Source: the human T2T-CHM13v2.0 reference genome, Homo sapiens
Assembly (NCBI RefSeq): GCF_009914755.1
Contig: NC_060932.1
Length of the DNA stretch: 64,000 nucleotides
Strand: one strand, 5' to 3'
Below, one piece after another: positions 27,598-38,961 of the stretch. The notes beneath the pieces were generated by a model that made no database searches, was not told the origin of the DNA, and was given only the letters and a program-made list of their open reading frames with translations. Each line of letters begins with the position of its first letter. The first letter of the stretch is position 1. Made by a program: the position numbers and the translations under genes.

Positions 27598-28864
27598 AGC
27601 TTTAGCATCTTGATCCCAGATGTTTAAAATTTCCATTGAAAGTTTTCCTCTTGTCTGCAGTTGATCTGAGTGCAACAGTTTTAGCACCTATTGAATGGAC
27701 AGTTTGTTCAACTTTAATTTTTCAGTCAAAATTGTGTAAGCCAAACCAACTGAGATATCTATGGTGTTGGCCATTGTTTCTGGTGTTAATTGTTGGTTCT
27801 TTTCAATTAGGGTATGAACAAGATTAATTTATTCCTCACAAATTGATGTGGATGGTCTGCCACTGTGGTCTTTCATATTCAACATCATCTCATCCCTTCT
27901 TAAAACAAGTTATCCATTTGTAATTTGCTGATTTCTTAGGGGCATTGTCCCCATAAACTTTTCACAAAACATCAATGATTTCACCATTCTTTCATTCAAG
28001 CTTCACTGTAAATTTGATGTTTGTTCCTGCTTCATTTTTAGCAGAATTCATGTTGCTCTAATAGGGGCTCTTTTCAAACGGATGTTTTATCCTTCTTAGG
28101 GCCTCAAATTAAATCCTGTTAACATAACAAGGTAGTATGGTTTCATTTTGGTGCAAAAATTTTGAAATCCATGCATAGTTTTCTTAAATATGCCATGTCC
28201 ATAAACTTTTTGAAGGACCCCTTGTATTCTATTGGCCAGAAGCAAGTCCTAGGTTCCACCTGTATCCATGAGTAGGGGATTATACACGGGCGTGACTCAC
28301 TGGGGGCTCATCTTAGAATCCTTCCTACCACTCTTGTTTTAGCCAGTGGGAAGTGGCAAACTTAACATTAGCAGAAATGTGCTTGCAGGTTTCTGCTGGG
28401 CCCCTAACGTTGCCCTGAGGCCATGCCTGGGCTAATCTACTGGGAGAGAAAGTGAGAGACATGTAAAGGAGAGCTGAGCCATTCCAGCTGAAACTTAGAC
28501 CAGCTTAGAGCCAGTCAAACTCCAAAAGTGTGAAAGAGTCTGACCAAAATCAGAGCTGCCTATCCAACCTGCAGCTGACTGTAGATGTGTGAGAAAGCCC
28601 AGTCAAGAGTAGAATCATCAGCTACCTCATAAGTTTGTGAAGAGTAATAGGTGGTTGTTGTTTTAAAGCTGCTGAGTTTAGGTGATTTTTATGCAGCACT
28701 GTGCTGTCAACAGATAATGGATACAGTGTTACCATTCATTGCATACCCATTTCTTGCCAGGTATCATGTTAGTTTTTCCATGCTTACTTACTCATTTAAT
28801 CCTCAAAGGAGCCCTGAATGAGGGTTTGTATCTAATCAGTATTTTCATTGTAGACATTGGTGAG

Positions 28865-29688
28865 GACATCAATATTATGATTGCTAATGGCCAAAAAGCT
28901 CCTGAAAAGATGCTCAACATCACTAATCATTAGGGAAATATAAATCAAAGCTACAATGAGATACCACTTTGCAATCAATTAGAAGCAACCATTTAAAAAA
29001 AAACAGAAAATAACAAATGTTGGAAAGGATGTGGAGAAATTGGAACCCTTGGGCACTGTTGGTAAGACTGTAAAATAGTGCAACTGCTGTGGAAAACAAT
29101 ATGGAGGTTACTGAAAAAATTAGAAATAGAATTACTGTATGATCAAGGAATTCCACTTCCGGATATATACCCTAAATAATTGAAAGCAGGATCTCAAAAA
29201 AAGTCTGTGCATGAATATTCATAGCAGCATTATTTACAACAGCTAAAAGGTGGAAGCAACCCAAGTGTCCATCAGCAGGTGAGCAAATAACCAAAATGTG
29301 ACATACACACACAATTGAATATTATTCAGCCTTAAAAAGGAAGACAGTTCTGACACATGCTGCAATGTGAATGAACCTTGAGGACATTATACTAAGTAAA
29401 ATAAGCCAGCAACTAAAAGACATGTACTTTATGATTCCACTCCTATGAGGTATCTAGTGTAGTGAAATTCATAGAAACAGAAAGTAGTATGGTGGTTGCC
29501 AGGGGCTGGAGGGGAGAGGAGTAGGGAGTTATTGTTTAATGGATACAGTTTCAGTTTTGTAAGATGAAAAAACTTCCAGAAAAGGATGGTGGTGATTGCA
29601 CAACCATGTGAATTTATTTACTGTACATTTAAAAATGGCTAAGATGGTAAATTTTATGTTATATATACTTTAACCACGACTTTAAAAA
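28865..29688 (+). mobile_element. L1MB (1-3-like) 3' end
   Basis: AAGATGCTCAACATCACTAATCATTAGGGAAAT (ORF2 end) through AAGATGGTAAATTTTATGTTATAT…ACCAC 3' UTR. Confidence 0.88.
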
Positions 29689-29697
29689 GCAGATTAC

Positions 29698-30383
<686 letters not shown>

Positions 30384-30509
30384 TTATTGTTCTTTAAACT
30401 GCTTTCTCCAAGTAGCCCTCCTTGCTGACATGCCTCTCTCTCTTTTTTTTTAATATTCCAGTTTATCTTTTGTTAGTAAGACCCTATATTTAAGGGTAAG
30501 TGATGCATG

Positions 30510-30765
30510 GAGTTTGCAAAGTCTGTAAGTTCAGAGCCTCTGATGTTGGACTCCCTGGGTTCAAATTTGGACTCTAACCTTGACCAGCTATGTGGTCTTG
30601 GGAAATTTTTTTAATCTCTGTAAGCATCGTTTTTCTCATATGCAAAGTCAAGATAACAGCACAACCTCATAGCATTGTTGTGAAGATTGAGTGATGAGAG
30701 ACATGTAAAATGCTAGGCACAGTGCCCAGCAAGAAGTAAGCACTCAGTAAATGTCAGCTGTTGTT
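30510..30765 (+). mobile_element. Near-full-length MIR
   Basis: CCTGGGTTCAAAT…AGCTATGTGGTCTTGGG…GCACAGTGCCCAGCA…AAGCACTCAGTAAATG. Confidence 0.82.
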
Positions 30766-31442
30766 GGTACCTGATAAAAGATAATACCTGCCTAGTGATC
30801 CTAAAAAAAACACAATAGATACTCATCATTATGCACAACATAAAGAACATAATTAAGAACTTGGCAACTGAAAAAATATAGCATACGGTTTCATACCTAT
30901 TGTATGATCCTAAGAACAAACCATTTGTTCTTTTCCTTTTAGTTAGTATTCAAAATTAAGGGAAAATTGCTTACAATTGAAATCTGGGCATTATAAAAAT
31001 GGGTCACAGTACAAAGCCTTCCACAGTCAAATGACTCAATTAGTGTTGAAATGGCCACGTCACGGCATTAGTGGCTCTTCCCTGCTCACCCTCGCTTACA
31101 GTTGTCTCTCCCCTCTTGAAGATTGTGGTATGGTGTGTCTTATATGATCAGTGTTGTGCAGTCCTATGTGGCTCAAAGCAGGGTGAGGTTTTTGAGGGAT
31201 GGGCCATGTCTGATTCACCCCCTGTTATATCACTGTGCTTGACACAAAGAAGTCTCCCATGAGTATGCACAGGATTGAATCAATGATGTTGTGAGGACTT
31301 AGGGGTCATAGTTAGAAGTTTCCTAAGAATCGGGAAACATACTTCTACACATGGAGAGTTGAACTTTAAATTCCACACTTAATGGATCAGAAAAGAGTGG
31401 TGCAAAATGTAGCGATTTTAGCATGAAGACACTCAGGCCACC

Positions 31443-31816
31443 TGTCTTGATTGGCCAGGGCAGCTATAACACATTATCATAGACTGGCTGGCTTAAACAA
31501 CAGAGAATATTTCTCACAGTTTTGGAGCCTAGGAAGTTCTAGATCAGAGTGTCAGTGTGATTGAGTTCTGTTGGGGGCTCTTTTCGTGGTTTTCTGACGG
31601 CTGTCGTCTTGCTGTGTCCTCACATGGTGGACAGCACAGAGAGAGGAAGCAAACTCCTATCTCTTCCTATGAGGGCACTAATTCCATTCTGGGGCTCCAC
31701 CATCATGACCTAATTACTGCCCAAAGACCTCATCTCTAAATACCACCACACTGAGAATTATAGTTTCAAAATATCAATTTTTGGCAGGGGGCAGGGGACA
31801 CATTTACTACACAGCC
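31443..31816 (-). mobile_element. MLT1A/A0 MaLR LTR
   Basis: ATAGACTGGCTGGCTTAAACAACAG…TTTCTCACAGTTTTGGAG…GGCACTAATTCCATTC…ATGACCTAATTAC. Confidence 0.8.
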
Positions 31817-31854
31817 ACTTAACACTTAGGATTAACCTTTAAAGAGAAAGTGGG

Positions 31855-31926
31855 GATCGCACCATTGCACTCCAGCCCGGGCAACAGTGCAAGACTCCAT
31901 CTCCAAAAAAAAAAAAAAAAAAAAAA
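31855..31926 (+). mobile_element. Severely 5'-truncated Alu (last ~50 bp plus A22)
   Basis: GATCGCACCATTGCACTCCAGCCCGGGCAACAG…; TSD AGAGAAA(G/A)TGGG at 31843-31854 and 31928-31939. Confidence 0.9.
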
Positions 31927-32241
31927 GAGAGAAAATGGGACCATCAGAAGTTGGCACTGGCTGGTGGTGTCAGCGGTGGTTTGTCGGACTTGGAGGGATG
32001 GCAAAGGGAGTCACAGATGATAAATATCGCCAGGACCCTATCCAGCTTTCATCAGGGTGGGAGTCATACTGGTTTCTGGGTCCATTGGTCAAGTTATGCC
32101 CATGGTGGAGGTAGATACCATTGACTGTGTAAGCCTGACACCACCTAGGCTCCAGTTGCATGCTCACCAAGCCTGTGGGTAAGCCTGCCTACGGGGAAAT
32201 CATGGAGTGGTGAAATGGACTCAAGTATTCTTGTTCTCATG

Positions 32242-32724
32242 TGTGGTAGGTGGAACCAAAGATGTTCACATCTTCATCCCCGGGAACTGTGACTATGCTG
32301 TGTTACACAGCAAAGGCAAGTTAAGGTTGCAAATGGGATTATAGTTTCTAATCAGCTGACTTTAAATTAGGGAGGTTATTCTAGATTATCTGGGTGGGCT
32401 CAAGGTAATCACAAGGGTCCTTAAAAGTGGAAGAGGAAGGCAGAAGAGTGAGGTTAGAAGGATGTAAGCTGAGAAGGATTCAGCCCACTGTTACTGGCTT
32501 TGAAGACGGAGGAAGGGGCCATGAACCAGGGAGTGCAGGAGGCCCCTAGAAGCTGGAGGAGAAAGAACAGGGATCCTGCCTTAGAGCCCCCAAAAGTAAT
32601 TTTCCTACCAACAATGAGACCCATGCCAGACTTCTGATCTGCTGAACTGTAAGATCATACACTGGTGATGTTGTAAGCCACTAAATTTGTGGTTTTGTTA
32701 CAGCAGCTGTTGGAAACTAATACA
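32242..32724 (+). mobile_element. MLT1D-like MaLR LTR
   Basis: TGTGGTAGG…GATTATCTGGGTGGGC…GTAATCACAAGGGTCCTT…TTGTTACAGCAGC…GGAAACTAATACA. Confidence 0.88.
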
Positions 32725-32862
32725 CCAGAGCAGTGATTTCTCAGTGTAAATGAGTAAATTAACATTTTTATTTGTTTCAGCCTCAGGGTATGTGGTTTAA
32801 ACTCTCCATGGGATGATACAATCTGATTTCTGACTCTGCAAAGCTGACCAGACTTAGCCCCT

Positions 32863-33235
32863 TGCAATGAACTGAATGTTTGTGTCCCCCCAAAATTCAA
32901 ATGTTGAAATCCTGCCCTCAAATGTGATGTTATTAGGAGGTAGGGCCTCTGGGAGGTGCTTAGGTCATAAGGATGAAGCCCTTATGAATGGGATTATTAC
33001 CCTTGGAAAAAGGACCCCAGAGAGAACTCTCATTTTTATTTTTATTTTTTTGCCATGTGAGAATACAGGGAGAAGATGGCCATCTATGAACCAGGAAGCC
33101 CTCACTAGACCCCAAGTCTGCCAGCACCTCGAACTTGGATTCCTCAGTCTTCACAACAGTGTGAGGTAAATGTTTGTTGTTTAAGCCACTCAGTCTATGG
33201 CATTTTTGTTATAGCATCCTGAATAGACTAACATA
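32863..33235 (+). mobile_element. MLT1A0-like MaLR LTR
   Basis: ACTGAATGTTTGTGTCCCCCCAAAATTCAAATGTTGAAATCCT…TTTAAGCCACTCAGTCTATGG…AGACTAA. Confidence 0.85.
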
Positions 33236-33274
33236 TGCTTGGCCGACTCTCCACTAAGAGATCATAAGAATCGT

Positions 33275-33470
33275 CATCATATATTGGGAGCTTCTATGTG
33301 TTGAGTGCTTTACCAGTGTGTTGCCTAGTTATCTCTATCACCCTATGAATTAGGTATGGTTATTCTCATTTTATAAATGTGATAACTGTGGTTCAAGTTG
33401 AGCCACACAACCTCAGATGATGTGATGTGGATTTAAACCCTGGTCTGGGTTCTCTACTCATGTTCTTTCT
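33275..33470 (-). mobile_element. MIR SINE
   Basis: CACCCTATGA…TATTCTCATTTTATAAATG…GATTTAAACCC. Confidence 0.65.
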
Positions 33471-35084
33471 AACACCCCTAGCTGGCTCACCGCCATGCTG
33501 TCTCTGAGAAGACTCCATCTCTCGGAGAACAATCTGCCTTGTTCATGGCATGATGCATGAAGAAAAGCAGCCGGGCAGGAGAGGGACAGGAAAATCTCCC
33601 ATCTTCCTGCATAGCTGAGGCTTTCCCTACTCCTAGGGAGAAGGCACTGAAGTGAATCCCATGAACATTCTCAACTGTTTCCAAAATGTTGCCAATATTC
33701 TTCTGTATATTGATATTTTGAAATCCCCAATGTAGTGGTATGTTGTATTTGAGCCCAGATTTAAAATTGTATATGTTTCATTCTAGCTTGGTTTCTGTCA
33801 TTCTCAATGATTTCTTTATTTTCTTAAATATTTCTGAATAAAAGGGCCTCCTTAGTTAACCTAAGACAGGTGTATTTAACCTGAACCAGGTATAGTTAAC
33901 CTGAACGAAGAGGAGGCAGCTGGCAAATGGTCAGAGAAAGCTGATTAGGAAAAGAACATCCTGTATGGTAGAGGTTCTTCTTTGTCATCCACACAACTCT
34001 TGATGAAATGAGAATACATAAAATCAGCACCAGCAAACCTGCTTGGTTTCACCTGCTGCCTCCAAGATTGTGATTGATCTGCAGAGCAGAGTTGAGAGCA
34101 GATATCATTTGTCTATGGTCTGTTCCAGTGGAATCATATGACATGTAATATCTGACTATGACTGCCCAAATCTTCCCGACTCACTTTGCCAAAGAGGGAA
34201 CTAGGTCTTCAGGGTTGGAGTGACTCACCTAAGGTCATTCTATGGCAAGGTGGCAGGGCTAGAATTTAAACCCAGACTCTAGGTTCCAAGTGCACACCCT
34301 TTCTACTGTACTATCACAGCCTCTTGTTTCCCTGCAGTACTTAGCTCAGTTCCTTGAATGTATTAAGAGTCAGCTCTGTAAGTGCTTCCTGAATGAAGCT
34401 GAGGTTGTGCACATGAGAATAGTGAATACGATTTTTTGTTTTCCAGCAGTTTTGCTGGGTGACTGCAGGAAGCACTTGGCTTTCATCATTGGCCAACTGG
34501 GGATATCCACCCCTGGAAGTCATTTGATCACTTAAGCTCCCAACTCACTCAAGAGGTAGCCTGCAAGGGTCTTGCAGCTTTGATCCAAATTTTCCATCCA
34601 AACAGCCATGTAAACGGAGAGGCTCCTGATTCCAGCCAAGGCCCAAGTTGCCGCTCTCTTTCTCAACGAAAAGAAAGAAAATGTGTCTTCCACTGTGGCT
34701 GAGCTACCTGAACAGATCAAGTGCTGGAATGCACTGATTGCTTTGAGGAGCAGGATCCTTTTTGGCTTCATCTTTTCATTTTGCTGCCGGGCTTAAGGAG
34801 GCTCAGAGTTTATTGCTTGTTATAAGCCTCACCAGAAAATATTTCAATCTCTTCATCTTCCCCATTCAGGCTAAGGCCAGTGAATGCAGTTCAGTCCCAG
34901 AAACAGTAATCATGCACCATCGTATCCAAGCACTGTGTCAGGAGTAGGGATGTGGAAGTCAGTGTGGGGCCATCTTCTCTCAGGGAGGGCACAATATCTG
35001 GCCCAGCAGAGGAAGAGTTAATCCAAAGCAGAGTTGTCTGTGTTAAGCTGTGGCTGAGTTGCCTGACATGAGCATGAAAGACAA

Positions 35085-35415
35085 TTCCTTTTTTGAGTTC
35101 ATACTGTGTGAAGCCTTGTGTCAGCTGCCAGATGCTTTCATGACCTGAATTATCTTTGGCAAACCCTGTGACAGAAGCAGTGTTCTTCCCATTGTACAGA
35201 CAAAGAAACCGAGGCCCAGAGAGAGGAGCCAGAGCATTGGAGTGGAAAGGTTCTGGGGGATCTGGGTTCAAACCTTAGCCACAAATCCTGAGACTTTGGA
35301 CACTTTTCTTAGCCTCTCTGAGCCTCTGTTGAGTCATTTGTAAATGTAAGTAAGTGGTCGTGAGGTTCCACGGGTAGGTACAGGTGTTAAAGGGGTTAGC
35401 TCGGTGCTGGACAGA
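35085..35415. mobile_element. Two adjacent MIR fragments in opposite orientation (- then +)
   Basis: CCCATTGTACAGACAAAGAAACCGAGGCCCAGAGAG, then CTGGGTTCAAA…CCTCTCTGAGCCTCTG. Confidence 0.65.
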
Positions 35416-36579
35416 GTCACTGCTCTCACAGCTCAGAAGATCCTGTGAGTGACAGAAGCTCAGGTGCCCCTCTCAGCTGAGTCTCATTGTTTCGAGACTA
35501 CCACTGGGTTATCCTATCAACCCTGAGGAAATGCCCGAATGGATTCTGGAGGAATGTGTTTATTGGTTGTGTTCTTCATTATTGATCTCTCTGGAGGGAT
35601 GTCTGCATCACCCCTCTCGGGCAGGCTTGGAATTGATGGATGAGAGGGGAGGGAAGAGCAGCCTGGTTGGTCTCCCTGCAGGAGCCTGGCCCAGAGTCTA
35701 CTTGCTTAGGGGTAGCCACCCATGCAGTGATGGTCCTGCAGCCTCCTAAACTCCTGACCTGTCTTACTACTCCTGTTTCCCACCTGGGAGAAGGTGGCTG
35801 AAAAACCCACTTGCCTGGACTGTAGGATAGTGTCTGGCCCTGGTTTTGTCCTGGGTGGCGAAGGGACTACCTGGGGAGACTTTTATTGATTTGGGATGGT
35901 TCTTCTTTTCCTTCCTTTCTTGTCTTATTTTATTTCATTCAAGCGATGGGCTTTCTTCCCACTGCCTTTGAGACAACCCTCCGGAGAGTCTGGCCTGGGT
36001 CTTCCTCACTAATGCACATTGGCTCAGGGCTGCTTTGATGGATAGAGGCAATTTTCCTTGGAAATTGGCTGCAATATTGGCAATTCCATGGGACATACAT
36101 TACATTCCTCTCAGAGAGAGATTTTCTGTGAGGTCTTGAGATGGAGCAATGCTGTTCAAGAGGGGTTGGGGGAAGTTGAAATCACCTGAAAGGAAAGGCC
36201 TCTATTTCAATGTTTGACATAGCTGCATCTCCTGGCGTATGGGTCCAGCCCACTCTTGCAAAGTGGCTCCTTTTAGAAAATGAGGGAACTTGTCCATGGC
36301 TTGTTAAAGGTAGATAAATTAAAAGGTGAGGAAACAGAAACACGTCCAAGTAGAACAGAGCTCCTGCCAGGTGCAAGAGGACTCAAAGGCCCCTGTATCC
36401 CGGAACTCTTGGTTTTCAACTGAGATAAGAAACCAGTTGATCAAAGGATGTGTCACACATGGTGGAAGGTTCTGGGCACTCGGGAAGAACAGGGCACAGT
36501 CACCCTCCTTTTCCTACTAGAGTTGACAGTTCCTCTAGGGACACACACATGCACAAATAACCCTCTTGATATAATAGGG

Positions 36580-36790
36580 CAAGTACTAATAATAACGGCT
36601 AAAATTTGTTCATAATCTGTAAAAGCATTAAGTAAATGACATCCACCAAAACTTTTCAAGGTAAGTATTATAATTATCATCTCCATTTTAAAGGCAAGGA
36701 AACTGAGGCATGGGGAAGTGAAATAATTTGTCTCAGGTCATCCCTAGTAAGTAGAGGAGCTGGGGTTCAAATCCAGGCCCTCTAGTTGCC
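36580..36790 (-). mobile_element. MIR SINE
   Basis: CTCCATTTTAAAGGCAAGGAAACTGAGGCA…AGTAAGTAGAGGAGCTGGGGTTCAAATCCAGG. Confidence 0.8.
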
Positions 36791-37069
36791 TCGCCCCTGC
36801 TCTGTGCTGCTGTGTCGCTCTCTTGCTGACCTCTGAAAATGCAGAGCCATCTGAAAGCTTCCAGAGGTGCATTTGCTGGCTCTTAAATCCCAGATCCCTG
36901 TTCCATCAGCCCAGCACCCTTTCCCCCAACCTCACTTCTTCTTGGAAACTTTGCCTCCTTCTGTGTGTCTTGTCTTGTTGTGGTCGAAGGGCAAGGTCTG
37001 GAGGCAGCAGGGTGTGGGGTAGGAGGGCAGACACATCGATCCAGAGGAAGCTGCAGGTTTCATCCTGGG

Positions 37070-37635
37070 AGCATTTGTTCGAGAAATCTGGGTCCGCTCT
37101 GGACCAAGCTCTGTATTGGGCACTAGGGATGTGCTGGTGAAGGGTCCCTGTTCTCCTGGATCCCTGCTCTCTTGGATCTTATTGTCTTGCTGGGGCACCA
37201 GACAATAAGCAAACCAACACAGGGAAACCCAGGTGGATGCTATGCAGAGCATTAACACTGGATGCTGTGAGCAGGGATGATGAGTGCCTATTTTGGGTTG
37301 GATGACCAGGTGAGGCCTCACAAAGAAGTGACACTGAAAATGAGATCTGGATAATAAAACAGAGCCAGCCCAGGGATCATAGGAAGGAAGGGTGTTCCAG
37401 GGAGAGGAACCTGTGTGTGCCGAGGCCCAGGTAGGAGCAGGACGGGCAGGGTGTGTGTGAAGACAGAGGCTGTGCAGTTGGGAGCATGGGGATGGGGAGG
37501 GCAGTAGGAAACGAAATAAAAGAGGAGGCTGAATAATCATGTAGGGCCCTGTAGATCATGAGGAGGAGTCAGAGTTTTATTCCAGGTGTATTAGGAAGCC
37601 ATGAAGGCTGGAAGATGGAGTAGGGACATGATATG
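37070..37635 (-). mobile_element. L2 3' region
   Basis: GTGTTCCAGGGAGAGGAAC…ATCATGTAGGGCCCTGTAG…GAGTTTTATTCC…GGAAGCCATG. Confidence 0.75.
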
Positions 37636-38926
37636 CTGAGATGCTGCCATTCCATGGACACTAGTCCCTTGACCTTGGTTCTAGGCATTCCAGCAGGTAA
37701 AAACCTTGTGGCAAGATAGTGAGTCCTGACAGTCAGAGCCCTGGTCAGGGATCAGAATGGCTATTCCATTCATTCTCTTGTTCTTTATTTTGCTAGCTAG
37801 CACTGAGGTACTTTGCTAGCTAGCACTGAGGATACCAAGCAGTCTGGGATAGTACACCCCCAGCCTCCAGGAGTGCCCCTTCTGTGGGTGAGACAGGGAA
37901 ATGACTGGTCCAGCACAGGCCAGCAGGGGTGTGACAGTTGGTTTCCCCGACGGCTAAAAGACACAGGCAGATCAAGCCCTCCAGCCTTTCGTGAAATGCA
38001 TATGAGATACATTAAAAAATAAGAGCAATCTTCTAACTATGAAGAAATCTGAAGACAATACAAACAATTACAATGCAATGTAATAAATATTAATGGAACA
38101 ATTAAGTTTGTCTGCTCTGCTTGGGGAGACTCACAGGGAAGTGAAATGAGTAGAAGCTGTTTAGGGTGAGGAAAGCTTCGGGGAAGAAGAGAAGGTGCTC
38201 AGGATCCTCTTACTGGAGCACTGGAGTCGGGAGGAGAGGGAGCCGGTCATGCTTAGAAAAAAAAAATCTTTGTCGTTCTTTCATACGAATGTCACAAATG
38301 AACATTTTAGCCAGGACCCTTTAATGTGCAGGGATATTAGGAATGCTCAGAATGAATCAAATCCCTGGATGCTACAAACTTAGAAGACCTTGTTGAAGAT
38401 CTGGCCTGGTAAAGAAAGAAACAAGATTAAAACCAAAACCAACTTTCTTCTAAATGCCAACGTGTATTGGACTTCCCTCTAGTGGTTACATGCAAAATGA
38501 CAAGCCTATAGTTCCCAAACAGAATGTTGTGTTGTTCTCTACACTGTTTACTTAGCAATCAGCATATTTACTGTGCTTCACTCCATGTACCTTCCATTCA
38601 CACACTTGGCAAACACCATATCTTCCATGATATTCTCCTGTATCTCCATCTAGAAATAACTTCTGCCTTCTCAGTTATCAGTGGTCATCCACCCAACTTT
38701 CACTTGTCTACTGAGAACTGTTATGTGCAGGACCTGCAGAAGTTATGTTTCAGCCCCTGCCTTACATTAGCGCGATCTGGGAGGACACATCTGTCTTCCC
38801 TGGGTACACTATGAGCTTCTGGAAGGCACCGAGTCTGATATATTACCCTCTGTGTTTAATAGAGGAGGAATAACATTAATTAGAACCAAAGCAAAGGTGG
38901 CTGGCCACTAGTGCCTTCAAAAGGGA

Positions 38927-38930
<4 letters not shown>

Positions 38931-38960
<30 letters not shown>
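38931..38960. repeat. (TG)15 microsatellite
   Basis: Direct reading of the sequence. Confidence 0.97.

Positions 38961-38961
<1 letters not shown>

Noticed and set aside
36932-37540. 202-aa ORF
   Set aside because: Lies almost entirely in a degraded L2 3' region and has no recognisable domain.
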